From Phoronis australis (taxonomy: Eukaryota; Animalia; Phoronida), in NCBI GenBank assembly GCA_002633005.1, contig NMRA01000208.1:1-64000 (forward strand): DNA of 64,000 nt, read 5' to 3'. Below are positions 24,906 to 38,205 of the stretch, piece by piece. Below the pieces are notes generated by a model. The model was not told the origin of the DNA. It made no database searches and saw only the letters and a program-made list of their open reading frames with translations. The translations under genes and the position numbers were made by a program. Within the stretch, counting starts at the first letter, position 1, and each line of letters starts with the position of its first letter.

Positions 24906-27900
24906 TACATTTTAGGTTGCTGGGCCTCTCCTAAAATGTAACAAATTGTTAAATTTTGTATCTATAGGTAAATAAGACAACAATAATTGATCATTATATT
25001 TCATGTAATTGTTACAATTTACGTAGAATGCACGGGCGAGAAATGTACCATTGTTACAATGTACGAAAGAGATGTCATTTTTTATGAATTTTCAGGTTAT
25101 TTGTCACACGGAGGAAAACGGTTCACGCAACTAAAGCCTTTTTTCTCGGACTTTTTTAATAAAATTTTATCAAATGTGTCAGCTCGAATTTATAGATGTG
25201 TTCCTATGTGCTTTCCATATTTTTAACTTGAGTAGTTTCCTGGTATAGTCAAAAATGCTCCCGTACATTTTCAACTTCAGACGAAAGGAGTTTCCAGGAT
25301 CAGGTAACAAGTTTTTTAATTGCTAATAAAAGCGTTCTTGTTGTATTTTGTTGGCGCACACAGGTCATAAACCAATTGTGTGGCATTACAATAAACAAGC
25401 TTCCCTTGGTAAGCACAACAAATACAATGACATCATGTTTGGCGAATATTTAACAAATTTTTCACGGAGAAATCAATTTCGGAAGCCAATTTAATACAAA
25501 AAACACCCGTTTTAGTCATAGATACTCTAGAAATTTCCCTGCTCCTCACAAAAGGAGGAAGACCAAAGTTTTTGATGCCGACGGGTTCTGTCTACCACCT
25601 TAATACTAATGACAGTTTTTTAAGTCATTGTGGTTGAAAGAAATAAAAGCACGCATTTATTTGCGTAAATGTTGACAGATTTTGCAGCAAAAGATCGCCT
25701 TTCAGGGGCACAGTAACGGGCTTTAAACAGCTTAAGAGTTACTCCATATAAAAACCAACAGGTAGAGTATATACCCAAAATCACATATTTTTAGACTTAG
25801 CACATGAGTTTGGTTTGGTGAGATGTAAAAGAAATCGATTTTTAAGAATGTTTATCCATTACTTCTCTTTTTATGACATATACCTTCATTTTGCAAAATT
25901 GGGCCCCGAAGTAGATATGATTGAATAAATTTTTACTAGGATGTATAGCTAGCTGATAATAAGTGATAGTTTTAAAGGACTATGATGAATAATTTAATGA
26001 CATAACTTTTAAAATTAATTTTCAAATTTGGGTTTTGTTTTTGTGAGACAAAAACGGCTAGTGTGTTTACATGGAGACTGGACGCGACTACCAGTCGAAT
26101 CTGCCTCACTCGTGTTTTTTATTTTCGTTGCGAGAGCCACTGGCATAGAAATGGAGGCACCTAAGGGGCTTATGGCCCTCTATTCAGTGCCCAAAATGCT
26201 CAACTCAAAACTAATTGTAATTTTGCGTTTACGTTGTAATGTACCCGTAGGTTGCTACGAATTGTAATCTCCAGAGTAGTCGCCGGCCACTCTGGAGATT
26301 ACATAATGGCATTAAAAGCATACAATCAAGGTCAAGAGAAAACAATTCATGAAAGACAATTTTATTAATGACTCAGTTCTTGACAGACATAAAGTAACAA
26401 CGGCTGGGTCTGGACATCATAGCAAACATACCGAGTGACTGATTCCGTGCCGGCGTACCAAGGGGAGACAGATGCAGCCGGGCGCCTGCCGAAGGGGAAG
26501 GGGGTGCTAACCAGGTGTCGTCTAAGGGGGCACCAGGTATCTATTAACGGGGGGTTATACATTTCGCAGCTACCAACCGGGGATGGGGTCTGCCACTTAG
26601 TGAGGTGTCGACGGGGGGCAAGGAGATGCTAGTCGCTACGCCACTGGACTTCCTGTCAATTCACATCAACTACAAACTACGATTAACTACGACAAAATAT
26701 ATAATACATGTATATGACGAGCACTAGGAAAGCAAAGCTGGTCATTGAACTCCAACAGTGATACTTCATCTTGTATCTCTTGAAGTCGAACTGTTCCGGG
26801 TGGTAAATTCTGAGCCTGTGTCCTAACTGAGCTAATATCCACCTTAAAATGTTGAAGTCAATATCTCGTTCAGAATTTCCTCTGAAAGATCTTAAGTGTT
26901 CAGGGTACACACACCTTCTATTTGGGTGAAAACCGGGACCAAGTTCTGTTCAGTGAACATCAAATATGATTTGACTACACGACTGGTCCTGCTCAGTCAC
27001 AAATTTACCTATCCTGGCTTGTACGAGCCTATTCCCTGAGACTGGTTTTAATTAATATGCGGTTTTACAGCATCTCAGAAGTTATGGAGTGTCTTAAGCA
27101 TGACTGACTTAAGTCAAAAAGCTTTTGGGGTCGCACTTGTTTGATGAAAACTCTCTAAACCAGCAGAAACGGCTTTCGTTCTTCATTTTGTCTTTAGAAC
27201 ATGATAGCCTCAGAGCCAGTTTTTACTAGTAACAATTCTTACAGATTCAAACTTACTTCAAAGGGATTTATTACCATTTAATTGACCTGAAATTGTCAAA
27301 TAAATGAGAACGGAAGAAAACAAAAGGTTCATGTACATTTTTGTATATCCTCAAACCTGATGTCAACTGACTCACTGTACAAAAATCATCGGGTTCAGTT
27401 TTGATCCTCGTAATATATCCAGAAAACTACTTGTTTACATTTGAAAGACCTTAGACTTGTTTTTATTACAACTTAAAGCACATCCCTTGTTCAAAATGTC
27501 GTTCAATTTGTCTGCAAACTCTACACATCATTTCCAGAATTGACAGTTTTGCAAGAAAATCTTCACCAAATATAAAATTGAGGCAAGATATTCTTTCGCC
27601 AGTCATCAAGATTTACTTCTTAACTGTTGAAAACGTTGCATAAAGTTACAAGGTGCAATATGGCAGTAGGAGGGTCCCAAAACGACCACTAAAATTAGCT
27701 AGGAGAACTGGTCCGTGGATTATCTACCCATGTCTAGCACAAAGTCGTCCAACTTGAGTAAATGCCAAAATAATAATTATTCACAGTACACATTAGTTAT
27801 CCCAGCCACCAACTTTCAATCTATTTTGTAAATCATTTATTTTCGTGGCTGAAAACATACAATTTCGGAAACGGCTAATATGACCAGTTGCGGTCTAGTG

Positions 27901-28740
27901 CTCCAACGGCGAAATGGGGCAGGGTCGGATCCACGATTTTGCTGAGTTCGGGAAGGGGGGTCAGGGCACAGTATTGGTCAGGATTTTGTCCTTCAGACAT
28001 TCACACTTCCGAACTGCCAAATGGAAATTGGGAGAATTTTAGGGGGGGTCATGTCCCCTTGGCCCCTCTCTAAATCGCCTTTGATTCTCAGTGTAATTCC
28101 TTTTTCTCGCTGGTCATTTCAATAGGTTTTATCACTGGTCTCGGCATATACGTTTCCTTTTCTATTCACGCTAATAATTTGGCAATGCTAGCCACAACAC
28201 GGAAATTCTAACCTTTTTTGTAAAGAGACAAATCGAGAAACCCTAGACTAGTGGAGAAATTTTGCATTTCTTTCAACAAAACGTACGTACGGTAATCGAA
28301 AAATTGCTACATATTATTACAACTCCTCAGTTTAAAGCTACCTGTACAATGCTGTGGTGACAGGTTGAGTACTGCATCCAAGCGAGCGAAAGTTTCCCTA
28401 CGTGTCTCTACAATCACTCGCTGTCCATGTGAATAACGTCAGAGATGCACTGAAACTTTTTATATGTACGAGGGTTTTTCCCAAAGTCAGTAATGGCTTT
28501 GACTAAGTGCCATTTTGCTGGACGAGCGATCGGCATTTTTTGATTGATGCAAACTGGTGTTCTTTGTTTGTTACATGACAATAAAGGGAGATTTATTGAT
28601 TTCCTGTTATCACAGTCGTGAAAGCATTTGTCTCATTGCCTCTTCATGAAGTTAGTAATGTTGCACATTGATTCAGACTTGATCCCATGCTGGCACGGCG
28701 TTTTAGGGGTGAATAGACTTAAAGCATTTACTTTGACCAG

Positions 28741-28889
28741 GGCCCAGTTGCATAAAAGTTATACGCCATATAACAACAAATACGTCGCGTTATCACGCGT
28801 CATGCTGTTATTGTTGAACAATGCTCCTGACGTCATGCAACGATCATACTTATCCAGCGGATAATTTTGAAATTTTATGCAACCCAGCC
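28741..28889. mobile_element. PIF/Harbinger-like MITE
   Basis: ggcccagttgcataaaa ... ttttatgcaacccagcc inverted ends with CAG on both flanks. Confidence 0.6.
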
Positions 28890-29408
28890 CAGGAGTGTGT
28901 TTTTGTGATTGTACAAGTCGGCAACTCTCGCCTCTGTCTTCCAACCATTCGCTGAAGTCAATGGAGGTGTGGACTGCAACCGCGATTGTTTCAGTTTCGA
29001 TTGTTCCATCAATATCGTGACCCACATAAATGGACATTGTTTTAACATGCATGTCTAAAACAATCCTTTTTAGGTAGTTTCAATTTCTGTTCGTGAAAGC
29101 CAGCCCCTCATTACGCATAATGGAGTTAATCAGTTGCTCTGTGATGACGAGAACGATTGGGAAACGGCGGCAATGATGACGACGCCTATTGCGTTGCATT
29201 GTTGAAACTTTTTCCACTTGATTATACTCAATATTTAAGAATAAGAGAACGTTTAAAACACAAATATTCCATTTGAATAATTTTTATCGTACGAAATTTG
29301 AAAATAATAGAGTTTTGAGTCCAATCTCTCATTCACTCCTCAAAACAACGGTGACGGTTCATGACATCGATCACATTTTTCAGTCACAGCCTCGGCCTTT
29401 AACCGTCT

Positions 29409-31300
29409 TCAGGTGATCATCTTTGAAACTCCTTCAATCTTCTTTATGATTGCCAGCATGTTTTGTGGCCGGCTTTTTATGTCATCCGACCGGCACAGCA
29501 ATCCTAGAAACTGGAGGGTATGTATCGCTTCTTTGAAAATGGCAGGAGATTTTTCTCGCAAGGCATAACAAACGTCGATAATGCTAACTCCAAGCGAATA
29601 AACTCCGTGAGCACGGATGTTAACTGCGAACCTCGGGTGCCTGGTGCTCACATGTGTTGCTGCCGTATCTGAATAAAGAGACATCTGTCAGTAGTTACTT
29701 GTACTACTTAAAGACACACTATCAGTAAAACAACCACTGCGTCTAGCATCGCTTACAAGAGGCCCGTGTCTTGGCTACCTTGCTACAAAAAATAACCTGC
29801 CGTGACAAACTTGTTTAAATGATCTAAGTGTCAGCTAATTCCTAATCCAGAAATCGCCTATTTTGAATAAGGGACAAAGCATTTTCATAAGAGTAGTTGG
29901 ACTAAAGCAACAGCTGAGTTCATCAGATCTCAGCTGTTTACGCTTCACTTGCGGCAAGAAATCGTTGCGTGCATATCGAGCTCGCCGAGCAATTACTTCC
30001 ACTGTTACAAGTGAACGCTAATAAGCGCGAGAAGCATTCGCCATTCCCGCTGTATTGCGTGATTTTGAATTTTCGTTAGCCGCTTGGGTCTACTGAACGC
30101 ACCCCCACTTGAACAGAAAGTACTAATCAGTCTTACTATTGCAATAGGAAATATAATCAAATTTCATCCATGACAATGCCGGAATTATAAAATATTAAGA
30201 ATTCTCATGTGATTCTTTTTCTACGCTTGGTGAACCACCCTCCGACGGTCCGGTGCCTTAGTTGATCAAGTGTTCTATAGGTTAGTACAAGCTCTTCAGT
30301 GTACAGGTTCTATAGCTTAGTACAAGCTCTTCAGTGCATAGGTTCTATAGGTTAGTACAAGCTCTTCAGTGTACAGGTTCTATAGCTTAGTACAAGCTCT
30401 TCAGTGCATAGGTTCTATAGGTTAGTACAAGCTCTTCAGTGTACAGGTTCTATAGGTTAGTACAAGCTCTTCAGTGTACATGTTCTGTAGCTTAGTACAA
30501 ACTCTTCAGTGTACAGGTTCTATAGGTTAGTACAAACTCTTCAGTGTACAGGTTCTATAGGTTAGTACAAGCTCTTCAGTGTACAGGTTCTATAGGTTAG
30601 TACAAGCTCTTCAGTGTACATGTTACAACATTAATTTCCATCTAATTTATACTTGCTTTTCCATGACGTTTTCCTTTTAGGTTGATTTGAATTAAAACTA
30701 GACAAGATTTTCGACTTTTTATTTTTCTGTCACATTTTCTGGGAATCATGTGGATTTTCAACGATCAGACCGAGAGAATGCAAGGAAACGCGGCGTTTGT
30801 TGTTAACAAATCCGCTTACCGAAAACCATTCAATCAATTTCACTGTGTTGGTTTGTCGTTCCACTATTATATTCTCGGTGTGGAAATCATTAAGCAATAT
30901 ATCTCTTATGTAGGCCCGATGAACTGCTTTGATTTGTGGCTTTCAGCAATACCTTCACAATATCTGGAATAGGCAGCGATACCTCGCCCACATTTTCAAG
31001 ATGATGGTCTATGTAATCTGCGAGTGTAAAACCGTCCATTAGTTCCATGACAAGACCAACTATCGGTGGGGCTTCGTCGTCAACTGTTGGTGTCAGATAC
31101 AAGCCGAACGGTTTAGGGGCGCATCTCTAGCGCGCAAGAGCCCGTAGACATGAGTATTCAGCGTCAGATGTTGAATTCACGTCGTTTTCACAAGCTCTTT
31201 GCTCAATACCCGTTGCGTCATTTACGAAAGTCCCAAGGCACACTTTGCTTGAACTTCCTTCTCCGATCACGGCGTGATCCTCGTCCTCGTAACATCGTAT
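29409..31300 (-). pseudogene. Spliced protein kinase pseudogene (exons about 30820-31300 and 29409-29684)
   Basis: Acceptor ctctttacag|; VIGEGSSSKVCLG Gly loop; in-frame TAG; GLVMELMDGFTLADY hinge; frameshift; NDFHTENIIV...VKLIE; donor gtaagc at 30819. Last exon: HQAPEV*, frameshift, VYSLGVSI...LLCRSDDIKSRPQNMLAIIKKIE. Confidence 0.8.
30271..30622. repeat. 35-bp minisatellite, about 10 copies, in the kinase pseudogene intron
   Basis: Unit ggttctataggttagtacaagctcttcagtgtaca. Confidence 0.95.
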
Positions 31301-32795
31301 CTGTAAAGAGAAAAAACGTTGAACCGACCTGGATTTGCCAGTTTAACCAGTTGGATGCCCTGGCTCAGATTCCTCAATTTCGCGAAAGGGCCGCGCCATT
31401 ATTGCTAAGAACGTATGAGGCATCTCCATAACACCAGTTTACACTATGCCTGGAGTGTGTTTTAGGGACTTCTTTTATGATTCCTCGTACCATCTGTTCA
31501 TCCTAAAACCGGGCTGTTAACGTGTTGCGCGAGGAGTTTGATATCCATTAGAATATTGCAATTATCCAGAGAATCGTTTGTGTTGCTACTAGTCTTATTT
31601 GTAGCCAATTATTGACTCAAATGTTGGGATTACTTAGAATTCTGAGACTCATAAATTAACAAAACACATGCAACAAAAGTTCAGTTTACTTCAAATTAGT
31701 GAGCAATGAAAATTAAAAAGTTATCTGAATGCTCTCTTTGGCAGATAAGTCGTTTTTGGCTCCCGTTTTCTGAACATTTTTCTGATCCAATTTTCGTTCA
31801 CGTCAGCAAGAATAGACTGCTGCATGTTTGCGTCAGGTTTTACAACATACATTTGGGTCGCACGACTTTACTTGCCGGAGCTTTGATGACATAAATGTCC
31901 TTGCTGAGTAAGTCTTAGCCCTGCCCACAACCATCCATTGCGCCTGCGTTATGAATTTTGGGACTATAGAGGCGAAGCATGATGTAGATCTCTGTATTAT
32001 GCCGTCCTTTACCGCCAATCACTGAATCTCTATCCTTGTTTTGGTAATGCACGATATTGCTCTATACTTGAATTTTAATTTAACACCGCGCACGTTGCAA
32101 CAGAACTCGCCGTAACATATCCCGACTTGACGACCAACTTGAACACTTAATTTCTGGAAAACGTACGGTGCAGAACGGTACAGACGATTGGGGCGATTTG
32201 CGTATCTCATCTCTAAGGCATCGGTGACCATTTTCAAAAAGCTGTATGAGAGAAACAGGCTTTAGCACCTGCATGAAGTCGAGTGACAGCTCTGGGGGTT
32301 TCACCAAGATATTCGGCACTGTGAACAGTGGCAGGCTTGAAGGTCTAACCATGTACTTCTTTCTGTCTGTCATGTCGTCGAATGCGACATTTTTTTTTCC
32401 GTGGACAACTGGAATTGTTTGGAAAAGTGTAATTAATATTGTTTCCATTATTTTGCAGGTCAATGCACCTTATTTACGCAGTAGACATTTTAAAAGTGAG
32501 CCTATTTTTAGGTTTTAAAAACAATCCATTCCGCGCTGAATCACAGTGCAAAGTGTGATTTTTTCGCGTGTCTCGTTGATATTTGTGTTTCAAATGCTAT
32601 GTCCCACTTTTAAAATGGCGACTGGTTGAATAAGATCTATAGCCCTCACTGTTTGAAAACGTCTTTAAAGAAACACATAGCAAGACATGTTAAGAAAAGT
32701 ACATTAGATATGTTTTAGTTCTTGGATTAACTTTAGAAATGTTGTTGTGTATTATGTAAAATTAGATCTTTCATATACTTTTCGCTTATCTGAAC

Positions 32796-32930
32796 CAGGG
32801 GCGGATTCAGGATTTTGAGTTAGGATTGTGCCAGTCAGACATTCGCACCCTTGAACTGCCAAATGGAACCTGTGTGAAATTTAGGGGGGCCATGGTCGCC
32901 TTACCCCCTGCCCCTCTAAATCTGTCACTG
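32796..32930. mobile_element. MITE of about 140 bp (CAGGGGCGGAT...ATCCGCCACTG type); other copies at about 27916-28083 and 36465-36613
   Basis: Shared core cagacattc...gaactgccaaatggaa...ttagggggg...cccctctaaatc in three copies; this copy is flanked by tgaac on both sides. Confidence 0.7.
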
Positions 32931-35328
32931 TGAACGTCCTAGCAAAACCTGAACCAATTTCACGCAAATCTGAACTTGTTCAACGGATTACTGACTTTCA
33001 GATATTAAGAAGAATAAATGACTCATTCAGGCGTCTGCAGAAGTTAAGAGATTGCATTGACTTGAAAACCTCTCCCGTAGTTCTGAGCAGAAAGTATTCA
33101 ATTTTGTCCACAACATGAAACTTTCTTTTGCCTAAGCACCTTGCTCACCTCAACGCTGTTGTTGATTGATGAAATTTGACGAAGCCACTGTTTTAAAAAT
33201 ACAAACTACCGAGGGATGTCCATTATGGATTATCGAATGATAGGTCGGCATACGTTTCAGGGAATGACGTCACGGTGATTTAAGGGACTAGTCCCTCTCC
33301 ACCCCCCCCCTCTCGCTTCAGAATGAACGCACTCTTTATCTTTCGCAAGACCGTCCCTACTGCCATTTCGTTTCCAAAAGCGGTAGCAAATTTGCCAATT
33401 TGTGCCTTCGCCAGTCTCAGCTGACAATAGCACCGGTCCACAGTTCAGTTAACATAGCAAGTTCAATCACGTTTTGTATCTGGGACAGAAATCTGATTCA
33501 CTCTCTAAAGAATCTTACAACTTTTAAAAAATGGGTAATGTTTGGATAACGCGTCAAGAAAATTGACCGGTCATCATTCTCTTGCTACAGGTGGGTTCAG
33601 AGGTAATTTAATGTAATATGCATTTTATTTTGATGTGATCAAATGGTGAAATGGTCCGACAGAAAATAAGTGTGTCCACTTAATGACTTTTTGATATTTT
33701 GAAATAGGACATAGAAAAAATTACGAAAACCAAATTCGTCTAATAGGCAGATAATGGTTTGAACATAATAATATTCAAGCATGAATACTTTACTGTTCTT
33801 CAAGTCAAGAAAAAATAGGACTGGCTTGTTAACATTTTCATCAATACATTAAATACTCGGTTTACTGCCGGAAAACATATTTTGGGGGTAAATTCTGGGA
33901 AGCAATGACTTCATGAATTTAACAGTAAAATCGGTTATGAATTTGTTATAAATCACCGATCCCTCACAAAGGTTTCCACTCAAAGTTATCTGAAACTGGC
34001 ATGGCGACGTCATCAGCTGGATGTTTCGTTACTGGGCGCCGTGAAGATGGTCGAGACCTGTGTCGTGTATTGCTGATCAAAGCCGCATTAATCTCCTGAG
34101 TATGGGAGAAAAAGTAACGAAGAGTCGATGCACATTGGAGGAATAACCTCACGAGAAAAAGCATTGGGACGAAATGGAGTGATGGTTTCCCGTGCGAGAT
34201 GAGTTGAACATTTTTAGAAATGCCGAGATTGCTCGAGTAGACAGCCGGAAGGTTTGCCTTCCTGCTCCGTTTTCTAGTAATAGCCACCATTCAAGCATAT
34301 TTTAGTTAATATCAAGCACGACCTAAAATTATATTTGAATAGCTCATAATATTTCTGGTCTTTAACTCATTAACCAGGAATTGAATCCGTCGCTGACTCT
34401 CAACAGTTTTCTGATGATCTCGGCCAGCCGATCGGAAACACACAAGTATAGAAATAATAAATTAAACAAAATGCACACAAATTTTCCTATTTCAACATAG
34501 ACTTTTCCACAGCTCTCCTCGGATAGGTAAAATATGAAAATTAAATGTTACGCATTTTTCGCAAATATTGCAGAAGGAATAATGTCCATGGCCTATTTTT
34601 TCTCATTTGATGAATTTTTACTTGCCTTATTTTCAAGAATCTCGTCGTCGTCGTCCACTGCTGTACTCTTCATGCACAAAAGTTGACAACAAAGACATGA
34701 TAAACATGCCCAAAGATTTTTAAGAAATTTACCCATATTAATCTTTCGCAAAATTAATGTTTCAATAGCACTTTAGAAGCGACTTGTCTTCATAAAGGCA
34801 GCCATGAAAAATGCGTCACAGTGACGTGTTCTTACGTCACTTTATTGTCTGAGGTCAACTTAGTAAAGGGCATTTAATTCACATTCTAACCTTTGTTAAC
34901 GCAAAGACACAGGATTTGAAGTATCAGTCCTTGTCTCGAGTGAAATCAACAGAAAATAAATGAACAGTAACTCTGACGTGAAACATATTTTTAAATGTAA
35001 TTAAAATTATACCAAAAACTTTTGTTTTGATTTAATACTGAATCGTAAAATTGTACGGTTATGAAATGCTTGGCTTGCGAAATACCGGATATATAGAATA
35101 CTGGATTATGAAATAATTACCACCTATGTACGTATTTAGGCACATGCACCTAGGCGCAACCTTACATATAGGCATGTGTGCCTAATACAACCTAACAGGC
35201 TTCTGATGTTTTGATTACTGCTGTACTGAAAATTATGTAGTATATTCTTGAGCAATTTTCTTGCAAGAAGTGTGAGTAATTGACTCTCCATTTTATGTGT
35301 CTCCACCTGGTGTCAAAGTCTGTGATTA

Positions 35329-35453
35329 CCTCTATGTATATTAGTTTCATTTATGAATTGTTTACAACCCAGATATAATGCTTCGCGGTTTCTGGGTTTG
35401 TTATTATTTCTTTGTATGTTCTGTGTATTCTTCAATAAATATATATCACTTAA
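35329..35453 (+). mobile_element. 125-bp 3' end of the same LINE family as 46475-48375, with 14-bp TSD
   Basis: Close reverse complement of about 46480-46605; aaagtctgtgatta at 35315-35328 and 35454-35467. Confidence 0.88.
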
Positions 35454-37405
35454 AAAGTCTGTGATTAAGATAATTCAATAATCCAACCATTGATCACTAA
35501 ATATGACAAAAGTAATGAAAATAAAAAATTGTTCTTGTAATGATTTGAAACACAAGATTCATTCAATATAATGATTTGGTGTGACATGTTCCAAAACTGA
35601 TACATTGTAGGCTGCGAGGATCCCAATCAATCTTATCTGTGCGACTGTTACTGCCCTCGAATTAAGTTGGCCTTGTTACTTTAATTACGCTGTGTCTTGG
35701 GCCTACCTCCAGAACAACTTTATCTGGAACAATTTGTTCTATCTTCTAATGTGGAGTAAGTTGATGCCAATTTCCCTTGGGTATCAAGTTGTTCCAGAAC
35801 AACTGACGTTCACACTAATTCTTTCCCCTTTAAATAGGTTGCACTTGCAGCACCAGGGGCTTTGTTAGGTTAAGCAGAATATACCTTTCGTGAAGGTACT
35901 TATTATGAAAATTACACCTCAGTGCAGTCATTTGTTTATTTGTGTCATTGGAAACTAGAGCAGAGTAGATCTATTAATATGAAAAGAAGGAATAATTGCC
36001 TAACTAAATTTATGTCCTTTATAATTTTTCGGGAGTCCAGTAGCGTCTCCTGGCAGTCCATAGGATGGAGTCTAAAATAGAGAAAATGATACCGTAATGG
36101 TGTAGATGATGTTTTCCCGGTATTTTAATATTAGGGTGATAATAAAACAGTAAGGCACACTCTCTGTCGGCTTTCCGTTAACAGATGCATTTCTGGAAAA
36201 ACTATTGTTATGGCTACGACCTTGACTATTTTTTACAATCGTTCAGTTTAACCTCGTATGTGTACTACCATGGTCTTATATTCGGGATCGTTATGTTCCC
36301 AGCGGCCTACCAGTCAGTAGGTTGAATATGCACTAGCAGTCTTGACAAATATTTGACAAGATGCTAACAAAAACTTATGGTTTCCGTTATGTCATTATGA
36401 CCTTTTGGACCCAATGTGACGGCATGTTTATTTTTATTTCCGGGTCCAAATTACGTCACCAAATAGGGGCGAATCCAGGATTTTGAGTTAGTGAAGGCCA
36501 GGGCAGAGCATTAGCCAAGATTTTGCCCGTCAGATATTCGTACCCCTGAACTGCCAAATGGAATCTAGGAGGATTTAGGGGGGAGCCATGCCACCCCTCT
36601 AAATCCGCCACTGACAATCACGTTGACTTGAGCGAGGCGTACTTCAAACAAACCTTAATGTGGAACGCTAATTTCTTATCTCTGTCATTGCTTGGTCAAA
36701 GTATTTAGAAACACGAAGTTTGCGATGATGTGAACATGAAGTATGTTGAAAATTGCCAACTGTTTTTTAAGATGGAGTTTTGTCTCGAAAATGATTCGTC
36801 GTAAAGTCCAGTCAGACGTGGTGTTTGGGAATAACAGTGCATGTTGCGAGTTACGTGAGCTCCTAGGGTCCATCATTAATGCAAAGATCACCTGTTTGCA
36901 GATTTTTCTCACATTTACAAGTTGTCAATAAATGCAACTGCACTTTGTTGAGCGTAGATGATGTTCAAATAGTATTGACGTGTACTTCCTGTTATACATA
37001 AACATACTAAGAGCATGCAAATACATATTTAAGGATGTGGATGTTTTTTCTCCAGTAACATTGGTATTTGGCAATAACAAGGCTTCACACACAATCTCTG
37101 CAACAGACATTCAGTAAATTGCGTAGTTACCTTGTATTTCTTAAAAGGGGACAGTAGTCAAAATAATGTTGCAGTTAATCGGTTCTAACATACAAATAAA
37201 ACTCACATTTGCCTGACTTGCGTGCCAAACAAAAGCCAATTCGTATTCATGGTCAAAACACTGAATTCTGAAAGCGATCGCTGATTGGCTGATGTGTCAG
37301 TGACGTGAACGGCGGGGTATCGGCTGCTTTGCACATTCATTGCTTATGTCATATTTGAAGAGTTTACATCGTAATTTATCATTGTATCAATCGTCCTTAT
37401 TTTTT

Positions 37406-38205
37406 NNNNNNNNNNNNNNNNNNNNNNNNNNNNNNNNNNNNNNNNNNNNNNNNNNNNNNNNNNNNNNNNNNNNNNNNNNNNNNNNNNNNNNNNNNNNNNN
37501 NNNNNNNNNNNNNNNNNNNNNNNNNNNNNNNNNNNNNNNNNNNNNNNNNNNNNNNNNNNNNNNNNNNNNNNNNNNNNNNNNNNNNNNNNNNNNNNNNNNN
37601 NNNNNNNNNNNNNNNNNNNNNNNNNNNNNNNNNNNNNNNNNNNNNNNNNNNNNNNNNNNNNNNNNNNNNNNNNNNNNNNNNNNNNNNNNNNNNNNNNNNN
37701 NNNNNNNNNNNNNNNNNNNNNNNNNNNNNNNNNNNNNNNNNNNNNNNNNNNNNNNNNNNNNNNNNNNNNNNNNNNNNNNNNNNNNNNNNNNNNNNNNNNN
37801 NNNNNNNNNNNNNNNNNNNNNNNNNNNNNNNNNNNNNNNNNNNNNNNNNNNNNNNNNNNNNNNNNNNNNNNNNNNNNNNNNNNNNNNNNNNNNNNNNNNN
37901 NNNNNNNNNNNNNNNNNNNNNNNNNNNNNNNNNNNNNNNNNNNNNNNNNNNNNNNNNNNNNNNNNNNNNNNNNNNNNNNNNNNNNNNNNNNNNNNNNNNN
38001 NNNNNNNNNNNNNNNNNNNNNNNNNNNNNNNNNNNNNNNNNNNNNNNNNNNNNNNNNNNNNNNNNNNNNNNNNNNNNNNNNNNNNNNNNNNNNNNNNNNN
38101 NNNNNNNNNNNNNNNNNNNNNNNNNNNNNNNNNNNNNNNNNNNNNNNNNNNNNNNNNNNNNNNNNNNNNNNNNNNNNNNNNNNNNNNNNNNNNNNNNNNN
38201 NNNNN
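37406..38205. other. Assembly gap (800 N)
   Basis: Run of N. Confidence 1.
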
